This document shows positions 19,599-29,402 of a stretch of 64,000 bases of DNA, one piece after another. Below the pieces are notes generated by a model that saw only the letters and a program-made list of their open reading frames with translations, searched no databases and was not told the origin of the DNA. Numbering within the stretch: the first letter of the stretch is position 1; each line of letters begins with the position of its first letter. The DNA lies in assembly GCA_965649225.1 (NCBI GenBank), contig CBFGJX010000006.1, positions 1 through 64,000 of the forward strand, given 5' to 3'. This stretch comes from a candidate division WOR-3 bacterium. Its GTDB lineage: Bacteria; Hydrothermota; Tepidihabitantia; Tepidihabitantales; Tepidihabitantaceae. The translations under genes and the position numbers were made by a program.

Positions 19599-20699
19599 AT
19601 GCGGGTAGTTCTGAACGCTGCATTCATCGGCGATGCCGCTGTTGGCATAGCCCGTTACATCGGATGCCTGACGACCGAACTCTGCAAGACCTGCGAAGTT
19701 ACCGTACTCACCTCCCGCCCCGAGTTCTTTTCTGGCCTGCATTGTAGCATCATCCCGCTTCCCCGCTGGACCAGTGACCAGCGCAAGCGGCCGCTGTGGA
19801 CTCTGTTTCGACTGTCGTCGTTACTCAAAAACTGCCAAGCACCGTTGATCTGCCCTACGCCCGAAGTGCCGCCCCGGATATCGCAGCCGGTCATCGCCGT
19901 TGTCCACGATCTGATCCCACTGACCCTGCCCAAGCTTCATTCACCCGGGGTCAAGGCGCTCTGCTGGACAGGATTGCAGACCTTGCGGTGGGCAGACCTG
20001 ATTGTAACCGACTCCGAATGTACCCGCCGCGATCTGATCAAATTCAAAATCGCCGCATCAGGCCGAACATTGGTAATCCCTGCCGGCCCCGGCATACTAC
20101 CGACAGACCCGCGTCCCGAAAGGTCGCCCGGCGTCCTTGGGAACTTCATTCTGTATGTCGGCGGTCATTCTGTTCACAAGAATGTACCGCGCTTGATCGC
20201 TGCTTTTGCCCGTCTCAATATCCCAAGAAAAGTCAAGCTGGTCATTGTCGGCTGGGGAACGGAAAAGGACGTGGCCAGAACACGCCGAGCCGTTGAATCC
20301 TGCCAACTGACCGATCGGGTAGAACTGCTGCCACGCGTCAGCGACAGCGAACTCTCTGACCTCTATCGGAATTGTCTTCTTTTCGTGTTCCCATCGCTCT
20401 ACGAAGGATTCGGTCTGCCTGTCCTTGAAGCACTCAAGCATGGTGCCCCGGTTGTCTGCAGCAAAGCTGCCAGTCTGCCTGAAGTCGCTGGCAGCGCTGC
20501 AGTCTACTTCAATCCGTTTTCGGTTGATGATATCGCCCAGTCCATTGCGTCAGTTCTCTCCCAACCTACCAAACTGGCCATGCTCCGAGCAGACGGCCCT
20601 GTCAGAGCTGAAAAGTTCTCCTGGGGAAAAACAGCCGCTCTGCTCATTGACGCGATTGCATCCATCCGAAGAAGCCGACGCAACGAACGGTCGTCCTGA
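19599..20699 (+). CDS. Glycosyltransferase family 4
   Basis: GIARY, VHDLIP, HKN, PSLYEGFGLPVLEAL; start moved to ATG 19599 based on promoter position. Confidence 0.93.
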   Translation: MRVVLNAAFIGDAAVGIARYIGCLTTELCKTCEVTVLTSRPEFFSGLHCSIIPLPRWTSDQRKRPLWTLFRLSSLLKNCQAPLICPTPEVPPRISQPVIAVVHDLIPLTLPKLHSPGVKALCWTGLQTLRWADLIVTDSECTRRDLIKFKIAASGRTLVIPAGPGILPTDPRPERSPGVLGNFILYVGGHSVHKNVPRLIAAFARLNIPRKVKLVIVGWGTEKDVARTRRAVESCQLTDRVELLPRVSDSELSDLYRNCLLFVFPSLYEGFGLPVLEALKHGAPVVCSKAASLPEVAGSAAVYFNPFSVDDIAQSIASVLSQPTKLAMLRADGPVRAEKFSWGKTAALLIDAIASIRRSRRNERSS

Positions 20700-20721
20700 G
20701 ACCGGTCGGCACGGAGCCTCG

Positions 20722-22248
20722 CTAAGCCTTTTGGAGTTTTTCTCCAGCGGTCGCATCCTGGGCGGCTGTTACGGACTTGCCGGCTGTTACGACTGCCAGT
20801 GCCAGCCCCAGTAGAACCGCCAAAGCCATCAGGTACGGAACGCTCCACAAGATGTAGTCGAAGAAAGAATGCACCATGAAGGCAACGATGAGCGTTGCCG
20901 AGCCGAGTGCAACACCTCGCAACCGAATGTCCGGCGACCGGTAGAAAATAGCCCTCAAGCCAGCGAGTAACTTTCCGAAGAAAGTCAGCAAAGCGATCAA
21001 ACCCACCAACCCGAGGTCCATCAGAATTTCAAGGTAGAGATTATGAGTATGTCCGTACAGGGCCGATTTGATTCGATACCCGAAGGAAGCGCTCACCGGG
21101 TCAAGCATGCGCGGAAAGCCATAGTCAAACTTCACGATTCCGAAATTGTGCAGGCCGATACCAGTAATCAGGTTGCGCGGTATGATATCAACGGCGGTCC
21201 GCCACATGAAAAGCCGTGCCAGCCAGGAAGGATCCCCCGCCTCCGTCTGCGCCATCCTGAGAGAGACAACTTCTCGAACCGGCTGCAGAGTTGCCGCCAA
21301 GAGAGCAAAGGCCAACAGTGCCGGAAGGATCGGCCACAATCGTTTCGTACTGTAAAGCAGGAAAAGTAGACCCGCAGCGGCACCGACCCAGGCTCCTCTC
21401 GACTTGCTAAGCAACAAACCGACCACGAGAAAGCACAGCGTCACTCCCATGAGCAAACGCGGGAGAAAACGCCGCTCAACGACTATCATTCCCATGGTCA
21501 GAGCGAGCAACAGACACATGACCCCACCTACGTCATTCAGCCCCACGGGGACACTTTGAAATGGCAGAAGCATACGTTTGCCGACAGCGGTCAACATTCC
21601 ATAAAGCCACAGTGGGCTCGACAGAACGACGGCAGTTAGGATAACCTTCACGACCTGGCCAATCATCTTCTCGCTGACCAGCAGCTCGGCCAGAACCCAC
21701 ATCGTGACGCCACCCAGGAGATAGGCAAAAGTACCCTGAAGCAATCCAATGTTGACACGTGAACGCAGCAGAGCAGCAACACCAGAGACAAAAAGGGCGA
21801 TGGCGAAAAGAATCAGCGGTCGCCCGCACGCACCGCAATCGCTTTCCGGTGAAGCAGTGGCGCTGGTAAGCCGGCCAGCCCAACGCGACGCCAGCAACAG
21901 CAAGCCGAGGCCGGCAACATAGAAGGCGTTGACACCGGCACTTCCGGGGACGAACCCAATACCTGCCAGAACAGCCAAAGTCGACACCACCAGGCCAAGC
22001 AGTCTGTCACTGGCAAAGCCGAGCAGCACGACCAGCAGTACCATCGGGGTTGCCACGAGAACCATCAAAGCATCTCCGCCCCGGGTCGTGCCATGTAACA
22101 AGATCATGACCATGACCACAAAGAGAATCTCCGCCGCCAGCATTGCCAGGAAAATCAGGGGCATTCTGCTATCGTCCTGACTACCATTGCGCCAGTCAAA
22201 AGTGGAGACGGGACCGCGAAAACTGCCAACGAAGCCCGGTCTGTTCAT
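20722..22248 (-). CDS. O-antigen ligase/polymerase (Wzy_C) family membrane protein
   Basis: Many TM helices, SKSRGAW, R..MW..A, GIGLHNF, HTHNLYLEILMDLGLVG. Confidence 0.9.
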   Translation of the reverse strand: MNRPGFVGSFRGPVSTFDWRNGSQDDSRMPLIFLAMLAAEILFVVMVMILLHGTTRGGDALMVLVATPMVLLVVLLGFASDRLLGLVVSTLAVLAGIGFVPGSAGVNAFYVAGLGLLLLASRWAGRLTSATASPESDCGACGRPLILFAIALFVSGVAALLRSRVNIGLLQGTFAYLLGGVTMWVLAELLVSEKMIGQVVKVILTAVVLSSPLWLYGMLTAVGKRMLLPFQSVPVGLNDVGGVMCLLLALTMGMIVVERRFLPRLLMGVTLCFLVVGLLLSKSRGAWVGAAAGLLFLLYSTKRLWPILPALLAFALLAATLQPVREVVSLRMAQTEAGDPSWLARLFMWRTAVDIIPRNLITGIGLHNFGIVKFDYGFPRMLDPVSASFGYRIKSALYGHTHNLYLEILMDLGLVGLIALLTFFGKLLAGLRAIFYRSPDIRLRGVALGSATLIVAFMVHSFFDYILWSVPYLMALAVLLGLALAVVTAGKSVTAAQDATAGEKLQKA

Positions 22249-23741
22249 CCGCCCCCACCAAACACACGGCGCATCCGGTTCAAGTCAGAACCATCCAACC
22301 CTTTCACCATAAGGAGAAGCAGGACATAAGCAGCTACTCCAGCGGAAAGAGACAGCAAAACATGGCTGTAACGAGCAAGCAACCAGGCAAGAGCAGCGGC
22401 CAGAACAGCTGCACCAGTGAACTTTGCACCCCTTTGAACGAGACGCGGGATTTCCAGTCTCGCCGCAAGCCGTCGCTGCGACAGATAAAGCAAAGCGGTT
22501 CCAATCATCTCGGCAGCGGTTATTGAGATTGCTGCACCAATACTGCCATATTTACCCGTCAGCAGCAGACCCAGGCAGACACATACTAGCAGACTGACAG
22601 CAGCCTGTGCCACAACATCTCTGGCGCGTCCAACGGCATAGAGGTAGTTACTGAGAATCGAATTGAGCGATGCAAATCCGCCCCACAAAGACAGAACCGC
22701 CAAAGCATCTGCGGATTTGCCATAACCACCTCCGTAAACGAAACTGACGACCGGCCCGGCAACAGCCAAGCCAAATGCAGCAACCGGCGCCGAAAACATC
22801 AGTACGTACTCGACTGAGGTGGTCATTTTCGAACCGAGATCCGCCGCATCACCGGCGTGCAGTCGCGCAAGCGCTGGATACATGGCTCCGGCGAGCGCAA
22901 AAGGTAGCAGACTTACTCCGAGCACCAGCCGGAATGCCGCACTGTACAATCCGACCTCAGCTTCTCCGGCAGTTTTGGACAGAATCGCCGTACCGTTCCA
23001 GTAGTAAACGACTACAAACAACGCTGAAATCCCGAATGGCAGAGCCTGCTTCACCAACCTGGCCCAATGGCTCAGGCCTTCTGTTACCCCAAAACCGACC
23101 GACAGAACAAAACGCAACACAGCGACCGCAATCAGCATCGCCGCAAAGGCCGCCACAACGTATAGCCAGGCATACCCGACAGCCGAAGCTCGACTCTGCC
23201 TGATGAGCAAGCACCCGCCGACCAGCAGTCCCGACTGGGCCATCTTGCTCAAAGCAGTAAACTCCATTCGCTCGAATCCTTGGAAGACCGAACCAAGATA
23301 AAGAACAAGTGAAACCGGCAGCACCGCGAGGCTTGCAACAACGATGACACGCAACTGACTGTGCGAGTAACCAAGTTGGCTGACAACCATCAGCATCCCC
23401 GCCACGAGTACTGCCACTGCCAGGAGTTTTATCAGCATGACAGTCCCAACCTGGCGACCGGCGAATGCCCGGTCCCGCGCAATCTCACGAGCAGAAAAAG
23501 CTCCGAGTCCAAGGTCGGCGATCACCGACAGGACAGTCACTAGCGCTATTGCAAGCGACAGTTCGCCGAACTGCACGGCACCCAAATGGCGGGCGGTAAG
23601 CGCGAAAAACAGAAAGGCGAGAAGTTTGTTGGCTACATCGGCGATGACCAGATACCCGGCATTCCTGGCAACTCTCGCAACAAGAATGCGGTCATCAGCG
23701 CCGACCTTCGCCTCACTATTCGTCCTGGTCAGACGAAACAA
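22245..23741 (-). CDS. Polysaccharide flippase (Wzx/RfbX family)
   Basis: About 14 hydrophobic segments, ADLGL, VGLYSAAFRL, YGSIGAAI. Confidence 0.9.
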   Translation of the reverse strand: MFRLTRTNSEAKVGADDRILVARVARNAGYLVIADVANKLLAFLFFALTARHLGAVQFGELSLAIALVTVLSVIADLGLGAFSAREIARDRAFAGRQVGTVMLIKLLAVAVLVAGMLMVVSQLGYSHSQLRVIVVASLAVLPVSLVLYLGSVFQGFERMEFTALSKMAQSGLLVGGCLLIRQSRASAVGYAWLYVVAAFAAMLIAVAVLRFVLSVGFGVTEGLSHWARLVKQALPFGISALFVVVYYWNGTAILSKTAGEAEVGLYSAAFRLVLGVSLLPFALAGAMYPALARLHAGDAADLGSKMTTSVEYVLMFSAPVAAFGLAVAGPVVSFVYGGGYGKSADALAVLSLWGGFASLNSILSNYLYAVGRARDVVAQAAVSLLVCVCLGLLLTGKYGSIGAAISITAAEMIGTALLYLSQRRLAARLEIPRLVQRGAKFTGAAVLAAALAWLLARYSHVLLSLSAGVAAYVLLLLMVKGLDGSDLNRMRRVFGGGG

Positions 23742-23747
23742 GACAAT

Positions 23748-24956
23748 CTACCCTGAGCTCCTGCGGCCAAGGCCGCCGCGCACCTGCTCAAGCAGCGCCT
23801 GCCACGCTTGATACTCATCAGGCCTGGAGTCACGGGTGCCTTGAACATAATCGGCAATCAATGCTGTACTGAGACCAACGATCAGGCTGAATAGAAATGC
23901 GGCCGCCGCGATCAGCAAGCGTCTGGGATAACTCTTCCGTTCAGGCGGAATGGCGTAGTCCAAAACTGTCAGTGCCGGCGTATCGCGCGCCTCCATAACC
24001 CGGGCGTACTCGTACTGCTGATAGAGCATCGCGTAAGTTTCCTCTTGAATGCGCACATCACGGAATCGCCGGGCGTACTCAGCCCCGACCGACGGTAGTT
24101 TTTCGAATGACACCCCGAAGCCGACGCCAAAACCTGAGTCTGATTCCCCCCACTCCAGTTTGCTCAAGCGACTCGCAAAAGCCTCAACGTCACCCCGAAT
24201 ACGTGAGACCAGAGGATTGTCGGCGCCGCTGACATATTCTGCGGCTGCAAGTTCAGCCTGTTTGGCCAGCAACTGCGAGCGAAGGCGGGCATATACCTCA
24301 ATCGCCGCCTTGGTTTCCTCGTCGACAGTTGCCAATCGGTGAACCTGTTGAAACACCCGCAGGCTCTCCTGGGCTTCAGCCAGTACTGCGGCAACTTCTC
24401 CCAGCCGCCGTTCCAGGAATATCCTCATATTCCGCCCCTGACTGACATTAGACCGACGGAGGAAGTCATCCAGTTCCTCAATATAGGTGTTAGCGATCAG
24501 CGCTGCCAGACGGGGGTTCTTAGCCTCAACCTTGATCGTCACAATTCCGTCGTCTTCCACGACCAGGCGTGTCAGTCGGCGCAGCACTTTGATTGCTGAT
24601 TCCATGCTGTTGCGTCTGACTCGATAGTGCTGAATGATGCTGCAGCGAACAACAACGTTGCCCATGACACTGCGACTGGCGAGTATCCCGACGAGCAGAT
24701 CTGAAGCAGAAGCAGACCCCATCATACCGCTGATTCGCAGCCGACCGAACCGCCCACCCCCAAGACCGCCACCCAACACCGAGGACATGCCCAGCGGGTC
24801 GACTTCACTCGGCGGCAGAATCCGAGCGACCGCCAAGTAGCGCTTCGGCAGTACGAAGCTCACACCAACGGCTATCGCCGTCACGACAAAGGTATTCCAG
24901 AACAAGAACTTGCGCCACTTGACAACAATGCTGAGATATTTGACCAGTCGATTCAC
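23748..24956 (-). CDS. Polysaccharide chain-length determinant (Wzz/GumC-like, no kinase domain)
   Basis: N-terminal TM followed by PKRY.A.ARILPP, coiled coil, VLDYAIPPERKSYPRR, then C-terminal TM. Confidence 0.87.
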   Translation of the reverse strand: MNRLVKYLSIVVKWRKFLFWNTFVVTAIAVGVSFVLPKRYLAVARILPPSEVDPLGMSSVLGGGLGGGRFGRLRISGMMGSASASDLLVGILASRSVMGNVVVRCSIIQHYRVRRNSMESAIKVLRRLTRLVVEDDGIVTIKVEAKNPRLAALIANTYIEELDDFLRRSNVSQGRNMRIFLERRLGEVAAVLAEAQESLRVFQQVHRLATVDEETKAAIEVYARLRSQLLAKQAELAAAEYVSGADNPLVSRIRGDVEAFASRLSKLEWGESDSGFGVGFGVSFEKLPSVGAEYARRFRDVRIQEETYAMLYQQYEYARVMEARDTPALTVLDYAIPPERKSYPRRLLIAAAAFLFSLIVGLSTALIADYVQGTRDSRPDEYQAWQALLEQVRGGLGRRSSG

Positions 24957-24962
24957 GCCCGA

Positions 24963-24990
24963 AGTCTAGGCCACCAATTCACCAAGTCAA
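24963..24990 (-). promoter_or_regulatory. Leaderless promoter TTGACT-16-TAGACT-6-GTG; -35 contains the wecB stop codon
   Basis: -35 at 24985-24990, -10 at 24963-24968. Confidence 0.6.
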
Positions 24991-26114
24991 CCCGCATGAT
25001 CACCAAGTCGCGCGAGCACACGGCTGATCCGTTTTGAAGCCCGTCCGTCACCGAATGGATTCTCGGCATGAGCCATGCGACGATAGGCGGTGCCGGAACG
25101 CAGCAGCCGCTCGGTAGCTGCAACTATTCGTTGGACATCAGTCCCGACCAGTTTTGCGGTCCCGGCTTCAATTGCCTCGGGCCGCTCCGTCTTGTCGCGC
25201 AAGACCAGAACCGGCTTGCCCAAAGCAGGAGCTTCTTCTTGAATCCCCCCCGAATCACTCAGTATCAGATAACTGTGTTTCATCAGATGGGCAAAGGGGA
25301 GGTATTCAAGCGGCTCAATGAGGTGAATGCGCGGCTCATTGCCCAGCATTGCCATTACGGGTTTGCGCACACTCGGATTGAGATGCACCGGATAGACTAT
25401 CTCGACGTCCTCGTTGCGTCGGGCAATTGTTGCCAGAGCCTGACAGATACGTCTGAAACCAGGCCCGAAGCTCTCCCGCCGATGAGCCGTCACCAGAAGC
25501 ACCCGCCGCGCAGGATCAAGTCGGTCCAGAACTGGCAGCCGCCATGGCTTCTTAACGCTCAACACCTGAAACAGAGCATCAATGACCGTATTGCCTGTAA
25601 TGTAGATGGCGTTTGCCCGTACACCCTCACGCCGCAGATTGTCCTTTGCGCGTTGCGTCGGCGCAAAATGAAGATCTGCCAGACACCCGATCAGCCGACG
25701 ATTCATCTCTTCAGGATAAGGAGCAAACTTGTCTTTCGTGCGCAAACCGGCCTCGACATGCCCGACTTTAACCTTTTGATAGTAGGCGGCCAGCGCCCCG
25801 GCAAAAGCGGTGGTTGTATCACCCTGGACAAGGACGATATCGGGCCGCCACTCTGAGATTACCTTTTCAATTCCATTCAGAGCACGGATTGAAACATCAG
25901 TCAGAGTCTGTCCCGGCCTCATGATATCGAGGTCAACATCTGGCCTGACGTCGAAAACCCGCAAGACCTGATCCAGCATGCTACGGTGCTGAGCGGTAAC
26001 AACCACCCGTACGTCAAAGACATTGCGCTCACGACGAAGCTCAGTTATGACCGGTACCAGTTTGATGGCCTCTGGCCTGGTACCAAACAAGGGCATCACC
26101 CTGATTTTTGCCAT
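24987..26114 (-). CDS. wecB: UDP-N-acetylglucosamine 2-epimerase (non-hydrolysing)
   Basis: FGTRPEAIK, QGDTTT, HVEAGLR, YPEEMNR, DSGGIQEEAP, NPFGDG. Confidence 0.97.
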   Translation of the reverse strand: MAKIRVMPLFGTRPEAIKLVPVITELRRERNVFDVRVVVTAQHRSMLDQVLRVFDVRPDVDLDIMRPGQTLTDVSIRALNGIEKVISEWRPDIVLVQGDTTTAFAGALAAYYQKVKVGHVEAGLRTKDKFAPYPEEMNRRLIGCLADLHFAPTQRAKDNLRREGVRANAIYITGNTVIDALFQVLSVKKPWRLPVLDRLDPARRVLLVTAHRRESFGPGFRRICQALATIARRNEDVEIVYPVHLNPSVRKPVMAMLGNEPRIHLIEPLEYLPFAHLMKHSYLILSDSGGIQEEAPALGKPVLVLRDKTERPEAIEAGTAKLVGTDVQRIVAATERLLRSGTAYRRMAHAENPFGDGRASKRISRVLARLGDHAG

Positions 26115-28577
26115 CTAATGCGCCTCTCCCCAGTTCTTGCCACTGCCAAGGCTGACGACAAGTGGCACTTCAAGCTGACAGGCATGCTCCATACAATCAC
26201 GCACCAGCTGGCTGGCTTTCGCAACCATCGACTCCGGCACTTCAAGGACCAGCTCATCGTGCACCTGCAACAACAATCCGGGATTGATGCCGGCCTGGTT
26301 TAACGCTTCTTCAACTTTGAGCATCGCCCGTTTGATGATATCGGCTGCCGATCCCTGTATCGGCGCATTCAACGCTGCCCGGCGCGCGGCCTCACTCACA
26401 TTGCGGTTGCGGTCGACAACACCAGCAACCGCTCGCAGACGTCCGGTTATCGTCCGCACAACGCCCTCGGAACGTGCCTGCTCAACGACCTTGTCCATCC
26501 AGCGCGCAACTGCGACAAACCGTCCCATATACCTGTCCAGAAAAACACGCGCCTCCTCGCGTGATATCTCGGTCCTCGCAGCAAGGCCGAAGTCACCCAT
26601 TCCGTATATCAGTCCGTAATTGACAACCTTGGCCAGACGCCGCTGGTCCGGTCCGACCATTTCGGGATCAACACCCAGGATTGCGGCCGCAGTCCAAGTG
26701 TGAATGTCTTCACCGCGGCGAAAGGCTTCGATCAACTGTTCGTCGCCGCTGATGTGAGCCAACACCCTTAGCTCTATCTGCGAGTAGTCAGCCGAGATTA
26801 GCCGATTGGCCGGGGCAGCACAGAAGCAATAACGAATTCGCCGGCCCGCTTCGGAACGAATCGGCACGTTCTGTAGATTGGGATTTGCGCACGACAGCCG
26901 ACCGGTAGCCGTACCGGTTTGATTGAAGGTCGGGTGCACTCGACGCGTTGCGGGATCGGCGTACGTCCGCAGAGGAACGAGATAAGTATTACAAAGCTTG
27001 GTCAACTCCCGCCAGCGCAGAACAGCGGCAACTATCGGATGTGATCCGAGTAAATCGCGCAACACCGGGCTGGCGGTCGAGCGACCACTGCGCATCCGCC
27101 TGCCGCGGATCAGATCGAGCTCATCAAACAGAACCGCCGCCAGCTGCCGCGGCGAAGCGATATTGAACTCATGGCCGGCCAAACGGTAGATCTCGGCTTC
27201 AACCGCCTTCACCTCAACTGCCAGCTCATGTTCGACCGCAGTCAGTTGGTCGGTATCCAGCCCAATACCGCGGTCTTCCATCCGCTGCAGTACTGGTACT
27301 AGCGGCATCTCGATCTCGTCACAGACCATCCGCAAACCCAATCCGGCAATGCGGTGGTCGAGTTCAAACCAAGCTGCTCGGGCCAGGGCAGCCTTGTCGC
27401 TCGGCACAACCGGCGGTACTGCACCGGGAAGCAACAATGCGACTGCCTCCGGACCGTAGTTGCGCCGCTCAGGATCCACCAACCAAGCAGCAACGCCAAC
27501 ATCAAACAAAGGCAGACAGCAATCAATGTCAACGGACTTCAGGCCGCGCAATTGCTGCTTGAGGTCGAAGCCGACCTTCAACACCGAACCGTCGCTGATT
27601 AGTTTCCTGGCTGTCGAAATGTCCCGGATAAGCTGGACACCACCATCATCAGCAATCCACAGGCCTTCACCAGGGACAAATTCAACCCCAAAGGCCCGAC
27701 CGGTTGGCTTCTCGGTCATCACTACAGCCGGTTGCTGAACAACGTCTTGTTCAGAACCAAGCTCTTTCAAAAGGGTTCGGAATTCCAGCTCTCTCAACAA
27801 CCGAGCAAGCTCAGCGCGATCCGGTTGCCCAACCCTCAGATCATCCAGCGTCACCGCAAGCGGAACATCAGTTCTGACACGGGCAAGTTCATAACTCAGC
27901 AGAGCAAGTTCCCGGTGCGCCCTTACCCGCTCATCGAATTCAAGCGCAGCGGTCAGCGATCCGAACCGTTTTAGAATCTCGACCGCCCGCTTCGGGCCGA
28001 TCCCAGGCACCCCAGGCAGGTTGTCACTGGCATCGCCGGCGAGAGCCAGATAGTCCACAACCTGCTCCGGTGGCACTCCCAGTCTTACCACAACATCTTC
28101 GGGCGTGTAAAACTGACCGCGCCACGGATCATAAACCCGGACAGCATCGCCGCTGACCAGCTGAAGCAGGTCCTTATCCGAGCTTGCCAGTACTACATTG
28201 ATTTGAGTGGCAAAACGCGTTGCCAGTGTTGCCAGCACATCGTCGGCCTCAACCCTGTCCGCTTCAAATACCCGGATACCCCAAGCAGTTGCCAAACGCT
28301 TTATCCACGGCAGCTGGGGCGGCAATTCGGCTGGCACCGGTGGCCGTTGAATCTTGTATTCGGAAAAACGCTGATTACGGAATGTCGGGCCTGGCCCGTC
28401 GAAAACCACTGCCGCATGATCGGGGTCCAACTCGGCCAGGAGTTTGCGCAGGGTATTGGCAAAACCAAAGACAGCAGAGGTGTTCATTCCCGCTGCATTG
28501 CGCAGCGGTCGGCGGATAAAAGCAAAAAAACTGCGATAAACCAGTGAGTGACCATCAATCAGAAGCAACCGGTTCAC
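26115..28577 (-). CDS. polA: DNA polymerase I (5' nuclease + polymerase; 3'-5' exo domain looks degenerate)
   Basis: LIDGHSLVYR, EADD, GDASDNLPGVPGIG, TGRLSCANPNLQN, DYSQIELR, KVVNYGLIYG, QGSAADIIK, QVHDELV. Confidence 0.96.
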   Translation of the reverse strand: MNRLLLIDGHSLVYRSFFAFIRRPLRNAAGMNTSAVFGFANTLRKLLAELDPDHAAVVFDGPGPTFRNQRFSEYKIQRPPVPAELPPQLPWIKRLATAWGIRVFEADRVEADDVLATLATRFATQINVVLASSDKDLLQLVSGDAVRVYDPWRGQFYTPEDVVVRLGVPPEQVVDYLALAGDASDNLPGVPGIGPKRAVEILKRFGSLTAALEFDERVRAHRELALLSYELARVRTDVPLAVTLDDLRVGQPDRAELARLLRELEFRTLLKELGSEQDVVQQPAVVMTEKPTGRAFGVEFVPGEGLWIADDGGVQLIRDISTARKLISDGSVLKVGFDLKQQLRGLKSVDIDCCLPLFDVGVAAWLVDPERRNYGPEAVALLLPGAVPPVVPSDKAALARAAWFELDHRIAGLGLRMVCDEIEMPLVPVLQRMEDRGIGLDTDQLTAVEHELAVEVKAVEAEIYRLAGHEFNIASPRQLAAVLFDELDLIRGRRMRSGRSTASPVLRDLLGSHPIVAAVLRWRELTKLCNTYLVPLRTYADPATRRVHPTFNQTGTATGRLSCANPNLQNVPIRSEAGRRIRYCFCAAPANRLISADYSQIELRVLAHISGDEQLIEAFRRGEDIHTWTAAAILGVDPEMVGPDQRRLAKVVNYGLIYGMGDFGLAARTEISREEARVFLDRYMGRFVAVARWMDKVVEQARSEGVVRTITGRLRAVAGVVDRNRNVSEAARRAALNAPIQGSAADIIKRAMLKVEEALNQAGINPGLLLQVHDELVLEVPESMVAKASQLVRDCMEHACQLEVPLVVSLGSGKNWGEAH

Positions 28578-29308
28578 TGTCTGTGCCCGAGCCGCAGGCG
28601 CCGCGCCAACTCGCCGGCCCGGGCGTAGGCCTCAAATGACGAACCGGCATCCTGCCACCAGCCTTTAAGCAGGTCGAACCGAAGCTGTCCGGCTTTCAGG
28701 TAGGCATTGTTGACATCGGTGATTTCAAGCTCTCCGCGTGCTGACGGCTTCAGTGTACGGATAATGTCAAACACACGAGCGTCATACATGTAGCATCCAG
28801 TCACCGCCAGCCGACTGCGAGGACGTTTGGGCTTTTCAACGATCGAAGTCACCTGGCCGTTTTGGACGGTCGCAACACCAAAGCGATGAGGATCCTTCAC
28901 CGCCTTCAACAGAACCCTTGCACCACTGGCTTGGCGTTCGAAACGGTGAACATAGGGGACAATCGGCCGCTCAAACAGGTTGTCGCCCAGTATGACTACC
29001 AGCTTATCGCCATCAGCAAAATCCTCGGCGAGTGCTAACGCCGCCGCGATCCCGCCCGAACCCTCCTGATAAGTGTAGTGAATTCGCCTGAGCCCGAACT
29101 CTCTGCCATTTTCCAGCAGACGCAGAAAGTCACCAGCACTGTTTCCGCCGGTAACAAGCATGACATCGGTAATGCCAGCCTCAACTAGCCTCTCGATCGG
29201 ATAATAGACCATCGGCCGGTCATATACCGGCAAAAGATGCTTGTTGGTTATCTTGGTGAGCGGCAGAAGCCTTGAACCTAGTCCGCCAGCAAGGACCACG
29301 CCTTTCAC
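28574..29308 (-). CDS. rfbA: Glucose-1-phosphate thymidylyltransferase (short form)
   Basis: LAGGLGSRLLPLT, KHLLPVYDRPM, LGDN, EKP, SARGELEITD; GTG 29308 fits TTGACC-16-TATACT-7. Confidence 0.88.
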   Translation of the reverse strand: MKGVVLAGGLGSRLLPLTKITNKHLLPVYDRPMVYYPIERLVEAGITDVMLVTGGNSAGDFLRLLENGREFGLRRIHYTYQEGSGGIAAALALAEDFADGDKLVVILGDNLFERPIVPYVHRFERQASGARVLLKAVKDPHRFGVATVQNGQVTSIVEKPKRPRSRLAVTGCYMYDARVFDIIRTLKPSARGELEITDVNNAYLKAGQLRFDLLKGWWQDAGSSFEAYARAGELARRLRLGHRQ

Positions 29309-29351
29309 TTGGGCCAGTATAGACCACTGAAGCCGTGGGTCAAGGCGGCCG

Positions 29352-29386
29352 GAAAAACAAAGGGGAGGGCACACCGCCCTCCCCCT
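29352..29386 (-). terminator. Intrinsic terminator after the lipoprotein gene
   Basis: Minus strand GGGGAGGGC-GGTGT-GCCCTCCCC followed by TTTGTTTTT. Confidence 0.8.
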
Positions 29387-29402
29387 CAAAACAGGCAAAG
29401 TA

